From the NCBI GenBank assembly GCA_964569225.1, contig CAZMTU010000001.1:2422-66421 (forward strand): DNA of 64,000 nt. The letters are read 5' to 3'. Positions 43,101-53,363 of this stretch are shown piece by piece; the first letter of the stretch is position 1; every line of letters starts with the position of its first letter. The position numbers were made by a program, and so were the translations under genes. Under the pieces are notes generated by a model, which worked only from the letters and a program-made list of their open reading frames with translations, did no database searches and was not told the origin of the DNA. The DNA is from an uncultured Lachnospiraceae bacterium. GTDB taxonomy: Bacteria; Bacillota; Clostridia; Oscillospirales; CAG-272.

Positions 43101-43129
43101 TTGACAATTTCTAAGCAATGTGGTATAAT
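43101..43129 (+). promoter_or_regulatory. Sigma-A promoter: TTGACA, 17-nt spacer, TGgTATAAT
   Basis: TTGACA at 43101-43106 and TGGTATAAT at 43121-43129, divergent from the EIIC promoter. Confidence 0.65.
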
Positions 43130-43192
43130 GTGATTTGTAAAAAGATAAAAATGGACAAATATCCCGATTATTTTTTGAAAGGAAATCAGATC

Positions 43193-43615
43193 ATGGAAAT
43201 TGCAATCATAGCCGATGATACTAAAAAGGAACTCATGACGGAATTTTGTATCGCCTACTGCGGCATACTTAGTAAGCATTCCCTGTGCGCAACCTCTGTC
43301 ACCGGCAAATATATTTCCGAAGCCACCGGATTGCAGATTGAGCGCATGATGGCCGGTTCGCAGGGCGGAGCTGAACAAATCTCACTGCGCATCGCGTACA
43401 ATGAAATCGACCTTCTTCTCTTTTTCCGTGACACAGCGACCAAAATTCAGCCTAACGAAATCGATAACGATCTGCTTCGGATGTGCGATATGTACAATAT
43501 TCCGGTTGCTACCAATATTGCTACCGCGGAAGTGTTGGTCCGGGCGCTGGACAGAGGCGATCTTGACTGGCGTGAAATCGTAAATCCTAAAAACAATAAG
43601 CGTAAAAGGCTTTAA
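43193..43615 (+). CDS. Methylglyoxal synthase-like domain protein, catalytic residues apparently substituted
   Basis: MEIAIIADDTKKEL...CATSVTG...GSQGGAEQ...LLFFRDTATKIQPNEIDNDLLRM...NIPVATN aligns by eye with MgsA. Confidence 0.8.
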   Translation: MEIAIIADDTKKELMTEFCIAYCGILSKHSLCATSVTGKYISEATGLQIERMMAGSQGGAEQISLRIAYNEIDLLLFFRDTATKIQPNEIDNDLLRMCDMYNIPVATNIATAEVLVRALDRGDLDWREIVNPKNNKRKRL

Positions 43616-43628
43616 TTTTTGTGCCTTG

Positions 43629-43661
43629 AGCGCCTTTTACATCGGTAAAAGGCGCTGTTTT
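43629..43661 (+). terminator. Rho-independent terminator
   Basis: AGCGCCTTTTAC-atcg-GTAAAAGGCGCT followed by GTTTT. Confidence 0.8.
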
Positions 43662-43704
43662 ACTGTTTTAACCTGATTTTTCTATTTGTAATGAGGATAC
43701 CAAT

Positions 43705-45135
43705 ATGAATAAAAATAATATTCAGACCAAAATTGTCTGCACGATCGGTCCTGCCAGCAATAATGAGCAAACTATGGCGGCGCTAGTCAAAGCGGGCATG
43801 AATGTAGCCAGATTGAATTTCTCGCATAACTCTCATGAGGAGCATCTGAAATCGATTGAAATGCTTCGCGCGGTCCGAAGCAGGCTCCATGCCCCGCTTG
43901 CCATTCTGCTGGATACCAAAGGACCGGAAATCCGGCTGCGCACATTCAAGAACGGATCCGTTTTACTGCACAAGGGGGATCACTTTACGCTGACTACCCG
44001 TGAGGTCGTTGGGGACGAGAAGATTTGTTCTGTTTCTTATGCCGATCTTCCTCATCAGGTTCCTGTCGGTACTGAAATTTTGATTGACGATGGCAAAATT
44101 CACTTGTGCGTTGAAGCAGTCACGGATACGGAAATTAATTGTACGGTAGAAAACGGCGGACCGCTTTCTAACCGAAAATCTATTAATATTCCTAACGTGC
44201 ATTTGGATTTGCCTTATTTGTCCCCTGCGGATGAAGCAGATCTGATTTTTGGCATTCAAAATGATGTGGATTTTATAGCCGCGTCATTTGTACGCTCTAA
44301 AGAGGATATTATTGCGCTTCGTAAGTTTATCAATTATCACGGCGGACACAAAATTCGCATTATTTCCAAAATTGAAAATATTGAAGGCGTAGAAAATTTT
44401 GATGATATTCTCGCTCATTCCGATGGAATCATGGTAGCTCGGGGAGATATGGGAGTAGAGGTGGCCTTTGAAAAGTTGCCCGGTATTCAGAAAAAATTTA
44501 TCCGAAAATGCTATCTTGCCGGAAAAATGGTCATTACCGCCACTCAGATGCTGGAGTCAATGATTCATTCGCTTACGCCTACCCGTGCTGAGATTACCGA
44601 TGTCGCAAATGCGGTTTTTGACGGGACCTCTGCCATCATGCTTTCGGGGGAAACGGCAGTGGGGGAAAATCCTGTGCATGTTGTAGAAGTGATGGCGAAA
44701 ATTGCCCGTCAGGCTGAACGCGATGCCTTTGAGATGGGTGCGTATCGGGGATTTCAGCATGAATGTGACTATACCAGTACGACAAACGCCATCTGCGACG
44801 CGGCCTGTACTACCGCTTCCGATTTGGATGCGCAAGCCATTATTGCCGTAACAAAATCAGGTGAGACCGCCCGTCGGGTGTCGAAATTCCGTCCGAATGT
44901 GCCGATCGTAGCAGCCACGCCTGATGAGAAAACCTTTCATCAATTGGCGCTGTCATGGGGCGTATATCCTGTAATGGCGCTTGCCCAAAACGATACCGAC
45001 AGCCTTTTCCGTCATGCCATTGATTGCGCTAAGCAGATTGATTTAGTAAATACAGGCGATAAGGTGGTTATTACCGGCGGCGTTCCGCTGAACATACCCG
45101 GCAATACCAATATTCTGAAGGTGCAGATCGTTTAA
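43705..45135 (+). CDS. pyk: Pyruvate kinase
   Basis: NFSHNSHEEH, MVARGDMGVE, and typical A/B/C domain order. Confidence 0.95.
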   Translation: MNKNNIQTKIVCTIGPASNNEQTMAALVKAGMNVARLNFSHNSHEEHLKSIEMLRAVRSRLHAPLAILLDTKGPEIRLRTFKNGSVLLHKGDHFTLTTREVVGDEKICSVSYADLPHQVPVGTEILIDDGKIHLCVEAVTDTEINCTVENGGPLSNRKSINIPNVHLDLPYLSPADEADLIFGIQNDVDFIAASFVRSKEDIIALRKFINYHGGHKIRIISKIENIEGVENFDDILAHSDGIMVARGDMGVEVAFEKLPGIQKKFIRKCYLAGKMVITATQMLESMIHSLTPTRAEITDVANAVFDGTSAIMLSGETAVGENPVHVVEVMAKIARQAERDAFEMGAYRGFQHECDYTSTTNAICDAACTTASDLDAQAIIAVTKSGETARRVSKFRPNVPIVAATPDEKTFHQLALSWGVYPVMALAQNDTDSLFRHAIDCAKQIDLVNTGDKVVITGGVPLNIPGNTNILKVQIV

Positions 45136-45308
45136 AAAGCTTCAAGTAAATATATGAAATTCGGGAAGCCGCAGCTGGATGGGGCTTCCCGAAATATATT
45201 AATAACAGTTGATTGGGAATTACCCAAGGCTTTCTGTTATTAAAAACATTATAAAAGATATTTGTTTAAGGCTTGGGGCATTTAGAAGGGGCGTTTTAGA
45301 AACATTGA

Positions 45309-45344
45309 GGGAGCCGCATTGACAACGCGGCTCCCTGTTTTTTT
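45309..45344 (+). terminator. Rho-independent terminator
   Basis: GGGAGCCGC pairs with GCGGCTCCC, followed by TGTTTTTTT. Confidence 0.8.
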
Positions 45345-45362
45345 CGATAGGCTTTCCGAAAT

Positions 45363-48300
45363 TTATCCGTTGATTTTATTCTTTTTCTTTTTTACAATAA
45401 CAATTATGCAAACTGCTGCGACAATCAGAACTGCAGCGCCGATGCCGATCCAAAGCCATACGGAGGGGCTGTCAGTGGAATTAGAAGCAGCCGGATCGTT
45501 GGAATTGCTCGGTTCCTCAGGTGTTCCGACGGAATTGATCGGCGTTAGTTCCGCATCCTTTGCGGAATAGCCCAAAAATTCTATTTCCGCTACCTGCATA
45601 CTGCTGCCGCCAAAGGTCAGACGGTAATAAAGATAAGTACCGGCGGTATCCTCAGGAATCGCAAAGGCGCGGGTGTAGGTATCCCAGTTAAAGGTAAGCT
45701 CGCTTCGGCTGTCCAGCAGCTTCCATGTAACGCCGTCATTGGAGGCTTCCAATGTCAGGGACGTGGGAGCTTTTTTGCTGGCGTTGCAGGTAACCGTATA
45801 CATGCTGAGCTGTGAGGGAGTAGAAGAAGCATAAATAACGGAATCGCCATTGGAAACGGTCGCATAGGTTTTGCTGGTGTTGTCTGCCAGTTTGGAAATG
45901 CCTTCAATAGTGCTGTACAAACCGTTGGCGGCGCCGGGAGTAAATTCGCCTTGTACCTTTTTATAGCGGCTGGTCACCAAATCTTCAGCGGGGGTGGCAG
46001 CCGCGTCACCGGTAGTCAGGGATGTTGGCGTTTCAGAACAGCTCCAGTCAGAGGGCTGATCGCCCATCTTAAAGGAAAGCGTACCGCCTTCCATGAGGGT
46101 GGCATGATCAATGAAGCACTTATTGTAAGCTTCACCGTTCAGTGTTGCGGACTGGATGTATACATTATCCGCGGAATTATTTTCTGCTATAATGACTAAA
46201 TCTTTTCCGTTTTCCAAGTGAACGGTCGCTTTATCAAAGAGCGGAGAAGTAATTATATACTGACCGCTGCCCATATTCTGGGGATAAAGCCCCAGTGAGG
46301 AGAGAATGTACCAGCCGGACATTTCGCCGTTATCTTCGTCACCGCAGTAGCCCTGCCCAATCTCGCTGCCCACATAAAGTCTGGATAGTACATCCCGTGT
46401 CAGCGCCTGTGTTTTGTAAGGCTGACCGGCATATGCATACATGTAAGGAACGGCATGAGCGGGTTGATTGGAATGACCGTATTGACCCAGCCGAACCTCA
46501 CGGGCTTCCACCATTTCGTGAATCGTACCTGTCTGCACCTTCTTCATAGAAGAGATGCTGTTGTCAAAGTATTCATCCAGCTTCTTTGCCAGTGCATCCT
46601 TTCCGCCTAACAGATTAGCAAGTCCTACGCCGTCATATACCGGTACAAACATCATGGTCCAGCCGTTGGTTTCAGTATAGTCACCCCACCACCAGGACGC
46701 GCTGTAATCGTCTCCGTATGACCAGCTTCCGGAAGCGTTTTTGCCCATAAGGAAGCCTACCTTTTCATTGTACATGTTTACATAGAATTTGGCGCGATTG
46801 TAATAGTAAGCCGCTTCATCCTGATAGCCGAGCGCTTCTGACATTACGCCAATGCAGTAATCGGAGATGTAGTCCTCAACTGTCCATGAGAAGCCGGAAC
46901 CGGTGGCATTGGATACATATCCTATGAAGGGCGCCGTTTCATTTTCGGCGCGGCCGCCGTTCGTGGTATCTTGGGAAACGGTAGACGCGTTGCGCAGCAT
47001 TGATTCATAGGCGGTCTGATAGTCAAACTGTACGCCCTTTATGTAAGCGTCGGCAAAAATGATGTCCGAGCTGGTACCCAGCATGGAGTTGGCGCCGCCG
47101 GGAGCTACCCAACGGGGGATCCATCCGTTATCATTGTAGTGCTGGAGCAGCCCGTTCAGCAGATCGGTGTCGAGGGAGGGCGTGAGGAAGGCGTAAGCCG
47201 CCCAAGTGGTTCGGTAGGTATCCCAGAAACCGTTGTTTACATACAACTTGCCGGAGGTTTTTCTGCCGGTGTAAGGAGAGGCGTAAACCCATACAGGTTC
47301 CTCATTTGTGCCTTCATTTTCACTGTATAAATTGGGATAGGAGTAAAGCCTATACATATTGGAGTAGAAAGTGACCAGTTGAGTATAAGAAGCGCCCTCC
47401 AGTTCAATGATTCCGCAGACGTCATCCCAAGCCTTTTGCGCTTTTTCAAAAATACTGTCAAAGGTATCGGTTTCCGAAAATTCCAACGCCATATTGCGCT
47501 GGGCCTGTTTCTGACTGATGAAAGAGGTAGTCAGCTTCATTGTCACTTCGGTGGTGCCGGCGGGGAAGGTAACGATACCGGTTTTAGTGCCCGATTTCTG
47601 GAAGGATTCGGGCTTTTGGTCGAATTGACCGTATACCTGCATGGTGGCGGAGCCATTATTGGTGTGGCTGCTGGAAGCGGTGAAAACGCCGCTCTCCTGA
47701 ATGCTCAAACTGCCGGAAGCACGGACGCAGTCCAGTACGATATTTACATGCTCACTGTCTTTAGGAAAAGTAAACCGTACATAAACACCATGAGTAGTGG
47801 GCGTCATTTCTACCTGAACGCCGTCCGCTTTACTGCCCTCGTCAAAGGTGACGCTGTAATAGTGCGCTTTGGCGATCTCATTGGCGTGATCAAAGGAAGC
47901 GCCCAGATTATTAGCGGAGAGGTCGTCTGAGGTCATATTGTTAATATCTACAGAGGTATTGGCCATAAACTGCCATGTGCCGTAATCGCCTACCCATGTG
48001 GAAGGCACATGGGAAATACTGAACTGAGTGATCACCCGATTTTGATAGTGATAGGGTTGATTGGAGCCGGTTTCAGTTACAGGGGTATAGAAATTAAAGC
48101 CGTTCGGCATGGTGCAGAAGGGAGTTGTCAGACCGCGGGAAAAGGTAGTGGTACAGTTGGTGCCCCGGGTGGTGCAGATATAATCGGAAAGATGTTCATA
48201 ACTGACTGGCGCCTTGTCCTCAATGACAATATCGTCAAAATAGGCGAGAAATTTGGTTTTGGCAGTGGTAGAGTTCATGCGGAAGTACACATACAGACTG

Positions 48301-49415
48301 TCAATGGTTTTGCCCTCGGCAACATCGCCCAGACAGGATTCAATATAATTCCACTGCATGGTAAAGAGCGCGTCCGATTCACCTTTAGATACAGGATCCA
48401 TTCCGAATCCGTTTTGGTCTACTGCGCCCAGATCGGACAGATAAGTACCGTCCGTGAACTTTACATCAATAATAAAGTGCATGGAGGTATATTCGTAATC
48501 ATAAGTAGAGCCGTTATAGAGTGCGGGAAAATGTACATAGCTGAGCTGCGTATTTTTTGTAACCGGAATGTTTAAATTGGAATAAAGCAGGTTGCGGGCA
48601 TAGGTTTCCTTAGATGCCGACTGACTTCCGTAAACCGAAAGCGCTCGGGTTCCATCGAAGGCGCCCGACATATTCCACGAAGAATTAGGGCCTCCGTTGA
48701 CTATGCTGGTCATTGGAGAGTCCTGAGGCGCTTCTCCGCCGGCGGCAACGCCGGTTCCTAACCGCAGATCGGCCAACTGTGTCATACTGCTGCCGTTGTT
48801 CTCAGTAATTTCCAGCTTATAGTACTGATAGGCAACAGTGTTTTCTACATTATAAGTTACCATTTGACCGCGACCGGTAAATTTCTGACCGGAACGGGCA
48901 TCAAGCGCTGTATAAGTGTTTCCGTCAGATGAACCGTAAAGCGTCCATGATTTGGGATCCCGTCCGTCCTCATCGTTAGCAGAGGTAATGGCATATACGC
49001 CAAGCACCATCGGTTGAGACAGAGAAAAGGATACCCAGACCGGATTGGTTGAGGAAGGCTGAAGTTCTGTGAGGAATTTAGTGGAGGCGGCCTGATCGAA
49101 CAGCTTTACCTTGCTTTCCTCGTCCTTATAATCTTTGCTTCCCTGTACGCTGTCAAGTAGTACCTGATCGGTGAATTCGCCGTCGATATCGGTGACGATT
49201 TCATATGGCTCTACATTGGAGTAGTAGCCGTTATCCGAAACCGATTCGGCAGCCACGGGATCGCCCGATTCAAAGGAAGAGGCGAAAAGTACCTTGTCCG
49301 GAATAGATTCGGTGTTTCCGGTCGTCGCAAAGCTGCATAGCGCCGTGATCGGCAGCGCGGAGGCTGCCATCAACAGCGCCATCATCCATGCGCCTATTTT
49401 GGTCAATTTGTTCAT
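45363..49415 (-). CDS. Secreted, C-terminally membrane-anchored GH92-family alpha-mannosidase with discoidin (F5/8 type C)-like modules
   Basis: Signal peptide and GH92-type block GYCGDEDNGEMSGWYILSSLGLYP. Discoidin-like segments lie at the N- and C-termini. C-terminal TM plus KKKKNK stop-transfer. Start moved to the ATG at 49415 for RBS spacing. Confidence 0.8.
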   Translation of the reverse strand: MNKLTKIGAWMMALLMAASALPITALCSFATTGNTESIPDKVLFASSFESGDPVAAESVSDNGYYSNVEPYEIVTDIDGEFTDQVLLDSVQGSKDYKDEESKVKLFDQAASTKFLTELQPSSTNPVWVSFSLSQPMVLGVYAITSANDEDGRDPKSWTLYGSSDGNTYTALDARSGQKFTGRGQMVTYNVENTVAYQYYKLEITENNGSSMTQLADLRLGTGVAAGGEAPQDSPMTSIVNGGPNSSWNMSGAFDGTRALSVYGSQSASKETYARNLLYSNLNIPVTKNTQLSYVHFPALYNGSTYDYEYTSMHFIIDVKFTDGTYLSDLGAVDQNGFGMDPVSKGESDALFTMQWNYIESCLGDVAEGKTIDSLYVYFRMNSTTAKTKFLAYFDDIVIEDKAPVSYEHLSDYICTTRGTNCTTTFSRGLTTPFCTMPNGFNFYTPVTETGSNQPYHYQNRVITQFSISHVPSTWVGDYGTWQFMANTSVDINNMTSDDLSANNLGASFDHANEIAKAHYYSVTFDEGSKADGVQVEMTPTTHGVYVRFTFPKDSEHVNIVLDCVRASGSLSIQESGVFTASSSHTNNGSATMQVYGQFDQKPESFQKSGTKTGIVTFPAGTTEVTMKLTTSFISQKQAQRNMALEFSETDTFDSIFEKAQKAWDDVCGIIELEGASYTQLVTFYSNMYRLYSYPNLYSENEGTNEEPVWVYASPYTGRKTSGKLYVNNGFWDTYRTTWAAYAFLTPSLDTDLLNGLLQHYNDNGWIPRWVAPGGANSMLGTSSDIIFADAYIKGVQFDYQTAYESMLRNASTVSQDTTNGGRAENETAPFIGYVSNATGSGFSWTVEDYISDYCIGVMSEALGYQDEAAYYYNRAKFYVNMYNEKVGFLMGKNASGSWSYGDDYSASWWWGDYTETNGWTMMFVPVYDGVGLANLLGGKDALAKKLDEYFDNSISSMKKVQTGTIHEMVEAREVRLGQYGHSNQPAHAVPYMYAYAGQPYKTQALTRDVLSRLYVGSEIGQGYCGDEDNGEMSGWYILSSLGLYPQNMGSGQYIITSPLFDKATVHLENGKDLVIIAENNSADNVYIQSATLNGEAYNKCFIDHATLMEGGTLSFKMGDQPSDWSCSETPTSLTTGDAAATPAEDLVTSRYKKVQGEFTPGAANGLYSTIEGISKLADNTSKTYATVSNGDSVIYASSTPSQLSMYTVTCNASKKAPTSLTLEASNDGVTWKLLDSRSELTFNWDTYTRAFAIPEDTAGTYLYYRLTFGGSSMQVAEIEFLGYSAKDAELTPINSVGTPEEPSNSNDPAASNSTDSPSVWLWIGIGAAVLIVAAVCIIVIVKKKKNKING

Positions 49416-49713
49416 GGGTTTCATTCCTTTCTTGATTAACGGAGCTACCGTTGATACATTGGCAATCTGCCGGAAAAGCAGGCTGCTTTTCTTCGGTGTT
49501 GCTGAATTCAGAATATTTATATTATATCATAAGATGACCTTCGGATGCAATTAAAAATTGTACGAATCGGTCTTTTTTTTTAATGCTTTTTTAATTGTTA
49601 CAAATTATTAACATAAAGGGTTTGTATTTTCTAAAAATTCAGAAGAACAATTCAGATATTCAGCAAAAAAGAAAAAATTCTGCCAGTCAATTTTCGAAAC
49701 TGTTAAATGAAGC

Positions 49714-49745
49714 AAAAAACATACGGACGGTTTTCCGTCCGTATG
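49714..49745 (-). terminator. Rho-independent terminator
   Basis: CATACGGACGG-tttt-CCGTCCGTATG with T6 on the minus strand. Confidence 0.8.
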
Positions 49746-49803
49746 AGGTGAAGCTAATTTGAATAAATTAGACTATTGCAAGCAATATGGGGAAGGGGGA
49801 ATA

Positions 49804-50571
49804 TTATTTTTTTCGTTTAGTGTGAGTTGTGATAGCTTCCTTCAAGGCATGCTGCTTGACCTCCCAATTTTCTTTATATTTCTGAAGATATTCGCTTAGC
49901 GGACGGTCTGTAGAAAAGGCAAACAGAAATTTCGATTTTTGCCGGTGCGCCGCGCGGCCTGCCTTAATATGCAGCTTGAGCTGTTCAAAATGTACCGCGA
50001 GATGATTATCGGCGGCGAATTTCCGGATTTTGACTACAAGCTGCATAGAATAAATTACATCCAGTGTAAAAATTCCAAAGAAAAAGCCGATCACAAAAGA
50101 AAACGCTAAATTATTTGCGAGCCATTCCAGTGCCCGCAGGATATAGGGATCCACCAAAAAGTAATAAGCCGCGCCTAAAATACCCCAGAATAAGCTGAAC
50201 AGCGGGCAGATCAGTCCCATGAAATTGCCCCACTGGCTGGAATAATCCCAAAGCCGGACCTTCATACCGTGGATGAATATCAATCCGGCGATCAGTTCGA
50301 TCAGCGTCATTACAGCCGCCATAAACAGAACGATCACAATATTTCTCAGCAGTGCGTTGCCGATGAATGACCAGTTAAATCGGGCGAGCAGATAAAGGCT
50401 GCACAGTCCAAAGCCGTAGATGGGCAAATAGGGGCCTACCAAAAAACCGGGGTTTATCCATTTGTGCTCAGGATTATCTTCGGAGAAAAACTTTCGGAAG
50501 ATAAGCTCCAGTCCCCAGCCAAGCAGACTGCCCAGAAAAAATAAATAGGCAAGCGTCAAAAAGAAATTCAT
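49804..50571 (-). CDS. Polytopic membrane protein (PF06541 'putative ABC-transporter type IV'-like)
   Basis: MNFFLTLAYLFFLGSLLGWGLELIFRKFF... resembles that family from memory. Start taken at an internal Met. Confidence 0.6.
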   Translation of the reverse strand: MNFFLTLAYLFFLGSLLGWGLELIFRKFFSEDNPEHKWINPGFLVGPYLPIYGFGLCSLYLLARFNWSFIGNALLRNIVIVLFMAAVMTLIELIAGLIFIHGMKVRLWDYSSQWGNFMGLICPLFSLFWGILGAAYYFLVDPYILRALEWLANNLAFSFVIGFFFGIFTLDVIYSMQLVVKIRKFAADNHLAVHFEQLKLHIKAGRAAHRQKSKFLFAFSTDRPLSEYLQKYKENWEVKQHALKEAITTHTKRKK

Positions 50572-50792
50572 ACAGATTTTTGCCGCCGCGGCGGTCCTTT
50601 CCGTTATTGTTAATTTAACAATAACGCAAAAAATAGATTTTGTCAAGATTTTTTTAGTTTTTTTTCAGGCACAAGGCAAGTTTTCATTTAAAATAGTTGT
50701 TTCGTTCACAAATATTTGTTAAACTGAAGACACCGATGGTTTCGAAGCGCTTTTCGGATCGCGGCGCTATAATTAAGGAAGGAATTGTCCGC

Positions 50793-52799
50793 ATGAGAAA
50801 AGTAAAACAATTATTGGGTTTGCTGCTGCTTTTGCTTACATTAGTAAGCTGTGACACGGGGAAGGAATTTTCTGTCGCATTGCCGTCTGATCTGCTTTCG
50901 CAGGAAAAAGATGATACTTCCGCGCAAAGTCAATTGGATAATATGCCTGTCACTCAAAATACCGAGTCAGATCCGTCGATTACTGAAGCGCCGGTGACCG
51001 CGTATCCGGCGGTTTCGGATACATTTTTTCCGATCGTTACCGGAACGGGGCCGACGGTTGAATATACGCCGGTTAAAGATAATCCTTCTTTAAAGAGGAT
51101 CGCAAGCCTTGGCGAAAATGCTGTATCAACCGTAAGCCGTTATGGAGATTTGCTTCTGCTTGATTATTATGAGCTTACAGAGGATCCGAACGCTCCGCAG
51201 GATTTTCCCGCGTGTGATGAACGCTCTGTGATTGAGCTGCTTGATCTGCGAACCGGTCAAATTACCGGCAGCTATACATATGACGGATCGGCTACCGCGC
51301 TTTTTTTAGATAATGGCAATATTTGTATATACCAATATATGCCCCTATCTGTGCAGGTGTACGATTCAACCGGAAGCTGTATTTTTCGCTGTACACCGGA
51401 GGAGGACGGTCAGATCTGTATTGATCCCGCGGGGGAAGGGGCAGCGTGGTTTTGTCACTGGGACAGCCAAACGGTGCGGAGAGTTCCGTTTAACGGTGAA
51501 ACGCCGATAGAATTTCAAATGCCCGGCAACGGAACCGGTTATTTGCAGACGGTGATTGACAGCCATGCGTATTTGTCTGCTACCGATGATTTTGGCGCGG
51601 CTGCTGTTTATCGGCTTTCTCCGGACGGCGCAATGGAAGCGTATGCTTCACTTGGCAGCTATTATTTTCAGGATGATATTTACTATTTAGAGCTGGATGG
51701 AAGCTGGCGCTATGTTGACCCCCGGCAGACCGACCGCGTTGGCAGCTTTTATGTAGCTGAGGAGTATGCTTATCTGGTATCTGCAAGCCAAAAGCGTTTT
51801 TGTTTGCAGCAGTACAGCGAAGCTTCAAACGGGGAACCGCAGATAAAATTGATTCTATGTCTGCCGGAATCAGCGAAGCGTACGGAGCTGACGCTTTTCA
51901 ATCAATATGTACAGGCGATTTGTTGGAGTGAGGATGAGGATAGGCTTTACCTGATCATAACAGAGGAGGACGGCTACGGTCTTTACGCTTGGGATTATCA
52001 GGAGGCCTCTTTCGATCTGCTGGATACCAGTGTCCATACGCTGACCGATGCTGAAAAAGCCAATTTGGTTTTTGCTCAGGCGCTGCAAGCACAATGGGGG
52101 ATTTCAATTTATTTCAGCGCGGAGGATATGGTGCGGGCAGCGCCCGATTATACTGCCGCCCCGCTGAACGATCCCGCGCTGATCGCGCGGAAGCTGAAAG
52201 AGCTGTCTGAAACGCTTTCCGATTATCCGGATGGATTTTTTAAGGAACTGCCTTACGGGGATTTTGACCATTTGGAGATTTACCTCTGCGGAAGGCTCAC
52301 TCCGATAAATGAATATGGCATCAATACTGCCATTGCGCTCTCTAATACGCGGGGCAGTGCGCTGGTCATTGCACTGGATCTGAATTCGATTTCCGAGCTG
52401 TCCCAAACGTTGGCGCATGAGCTGATGCATATGATGGAGCGGCGAATCGAGCAGATCGACCCCAATCTGCTGGCAGATTGGGCGGAGCTGACGCCGGGCG
52501 GGGAAAGCGTTTACTATTATTCTTATCACGATGAAAACGGCAATGAAATGAGCGACGGAACGCATACATGGTTTTACGATTATGATCTGGAAGCTATTTA
52601 TTTTGTGGATCCCTATTCCAAGAGCTTTCCCGGAGAGGATCGGGCGAGGATTTTTGAATATCTGGTTGAATATGGCGGCGCTCCCCTGTTCTTAGAAGCG
52701 CCGGTACTAAGAGCGAAGGCAGAGCGGCTTTGTGAGATTATTCGCATTGCCTTTCCCAGCGTTGCGGCAGCAGAACAGGTTAGTTGGGAGATCAAATAA
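50793..52799 (+). CDS. Lipoprotein with C-terminal zincin (HEXXH) motif
   Basis: Signal and lipobox LLLLLTLVSC. LAHELMHMME near residue 560. AAGGAAGGA RBS before the ATG at 50793. Confidence 0.7.
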   Translation: MRKVKQLLGLLLLLLTLVSCDTGKEFSVALPSDLLSQEKDDTSAQSQLDNMPVTQNTESDPSITEAPVTAYPAVSDTFFPIVTGTGPTVEYTPVKDNPSLKRIASLGENAVSTVSRYGDLLLLDYYELTEDPNAPQDFPACDERSVIELLDLRTGQITGSYTYDGSATALFLDNGNICIYQYMPLSVQVYDSTGSCIFRCTPEEDGQICIDPAGEGAAWFCHWDSQTVRRVPFNGETPIEFQMPGNGTGYLQTVIDSHAYLSATDDFGAAAVYRLSPDGAMEAYASLGSYYFQDDIYYLELDGSWRYVDPRQTDRVGSFYVAEEYAYLVSASQKRFCLQQYSEASNGEPQIKLILCLPESAKRTELTLFNQYVQAICWSEDEDRLYLIITEEDGYGLYAWDYQEASFDLLDTSVHTLTDAEKANLVFAQALQAQWGISIYFSAEDMVRAAPDYTAAPLNDPALIARKLKELSETLSDYPDGFFKELPYGDFDHLEIYLCGRLTPINEYGINTAIALSNTRGSALVIALDLNSISELSQTLAHELMHMMERRIEQIDPNLLADWAELTPGGESVYYYSYHDENGNEMSDGTHTWFYDYDLEAIYFVDPYSKSFPGEDRARIFEYLVEYGGAPLFLEAPVLRAKAERLCEIIRIAFPSVAAAEQVSWEIK

Positions 52800-52918
52800 C
52801 GCCGTTATTCAAGAACATTCTGAAGCATTCGTCCCGAAAGCGGCACAAGCGCTTATATAAACTTGTTTTGGAGGAAATATTCAGTTGGCGCGAAGGCTTA
52901 AAATAGTTTTTATAATTA

Positions 52919-52950
52919 CAAGCTGCCGCGATTGAAATCGCGGCAGCTTG
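52919..52950. other. Perfect 14-bp hairpin without T-run
   Basis: CAAGCTGCCGCGAT-tgaa-ATCGCGGCAGCTTG, between convergent genes. Confidence 0.4.
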
Positions 52951-52957
52951 GCGTGTA

Positions 52958-53112
52958 GGCAAATTTGAGTTTTGAAATCTAAAACATAGAAATAAGTCAA
53001 TTTCTAATCATTTTTAAGGTTATTAGGGGGGAGTGTTCTAACAGGAGGATTGGGAATTGGAGTAAAACTCCGAGGGCAAGGCCCAAATTGGGTTTTATTT
53101 TTAGTCTTAGGA
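52958..53112. repeat. Intergenic repeat module 'beta', copy E (inverted relative to copy A)
   Basis: AAATTTGAGTTTTGAAATCTAAAACATAGAAATAAGTCA...TTGGAGTAAAACTCC...CCCAAATTGGGTTTTATTTTT aligns with the reverse complement of 13381-13535. Confidence 0.7.
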
Positions 53113-53129
53113 GCTGTAAAAAAGTTCGT

Positions 53130-53345
53130 TTAATTCATCATAGACTGTCTAAATGCGCAAATTTGTTAGCCGCTTTTTCTTTTGACCTAAATGCGCAAAA
53201 GAAGCGCTTGACAAAAAGAAAACGATAAATGGAATTTCCCGCTTGAAAGCAGGGGTAAGGGCGCGCAGCCCTTGCCCACCGCTTTTTTTTAATAGGTGAA
53301 AGCTTTTGCGCGAATTATTGATGAATTGAACTTTTTTACAACCTC
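53130..53345. repeat. Degenerate inverted copy of the 'alpha' (280-bp) repeat unit
   Basis: TAAATGCGCAAATTTGTTAGCCGCTTTTT...AAAAGAAGCGCTTGACAAAAAGAAAACG...GGTAAGGGCGCGCAGCCCTTGCC aligns with the reverse complement of the 60.8-61.4 kb unit. Confidence 0.6.
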
Positions 53346-53363
53346 TTTTTACGCGGATTTAGC

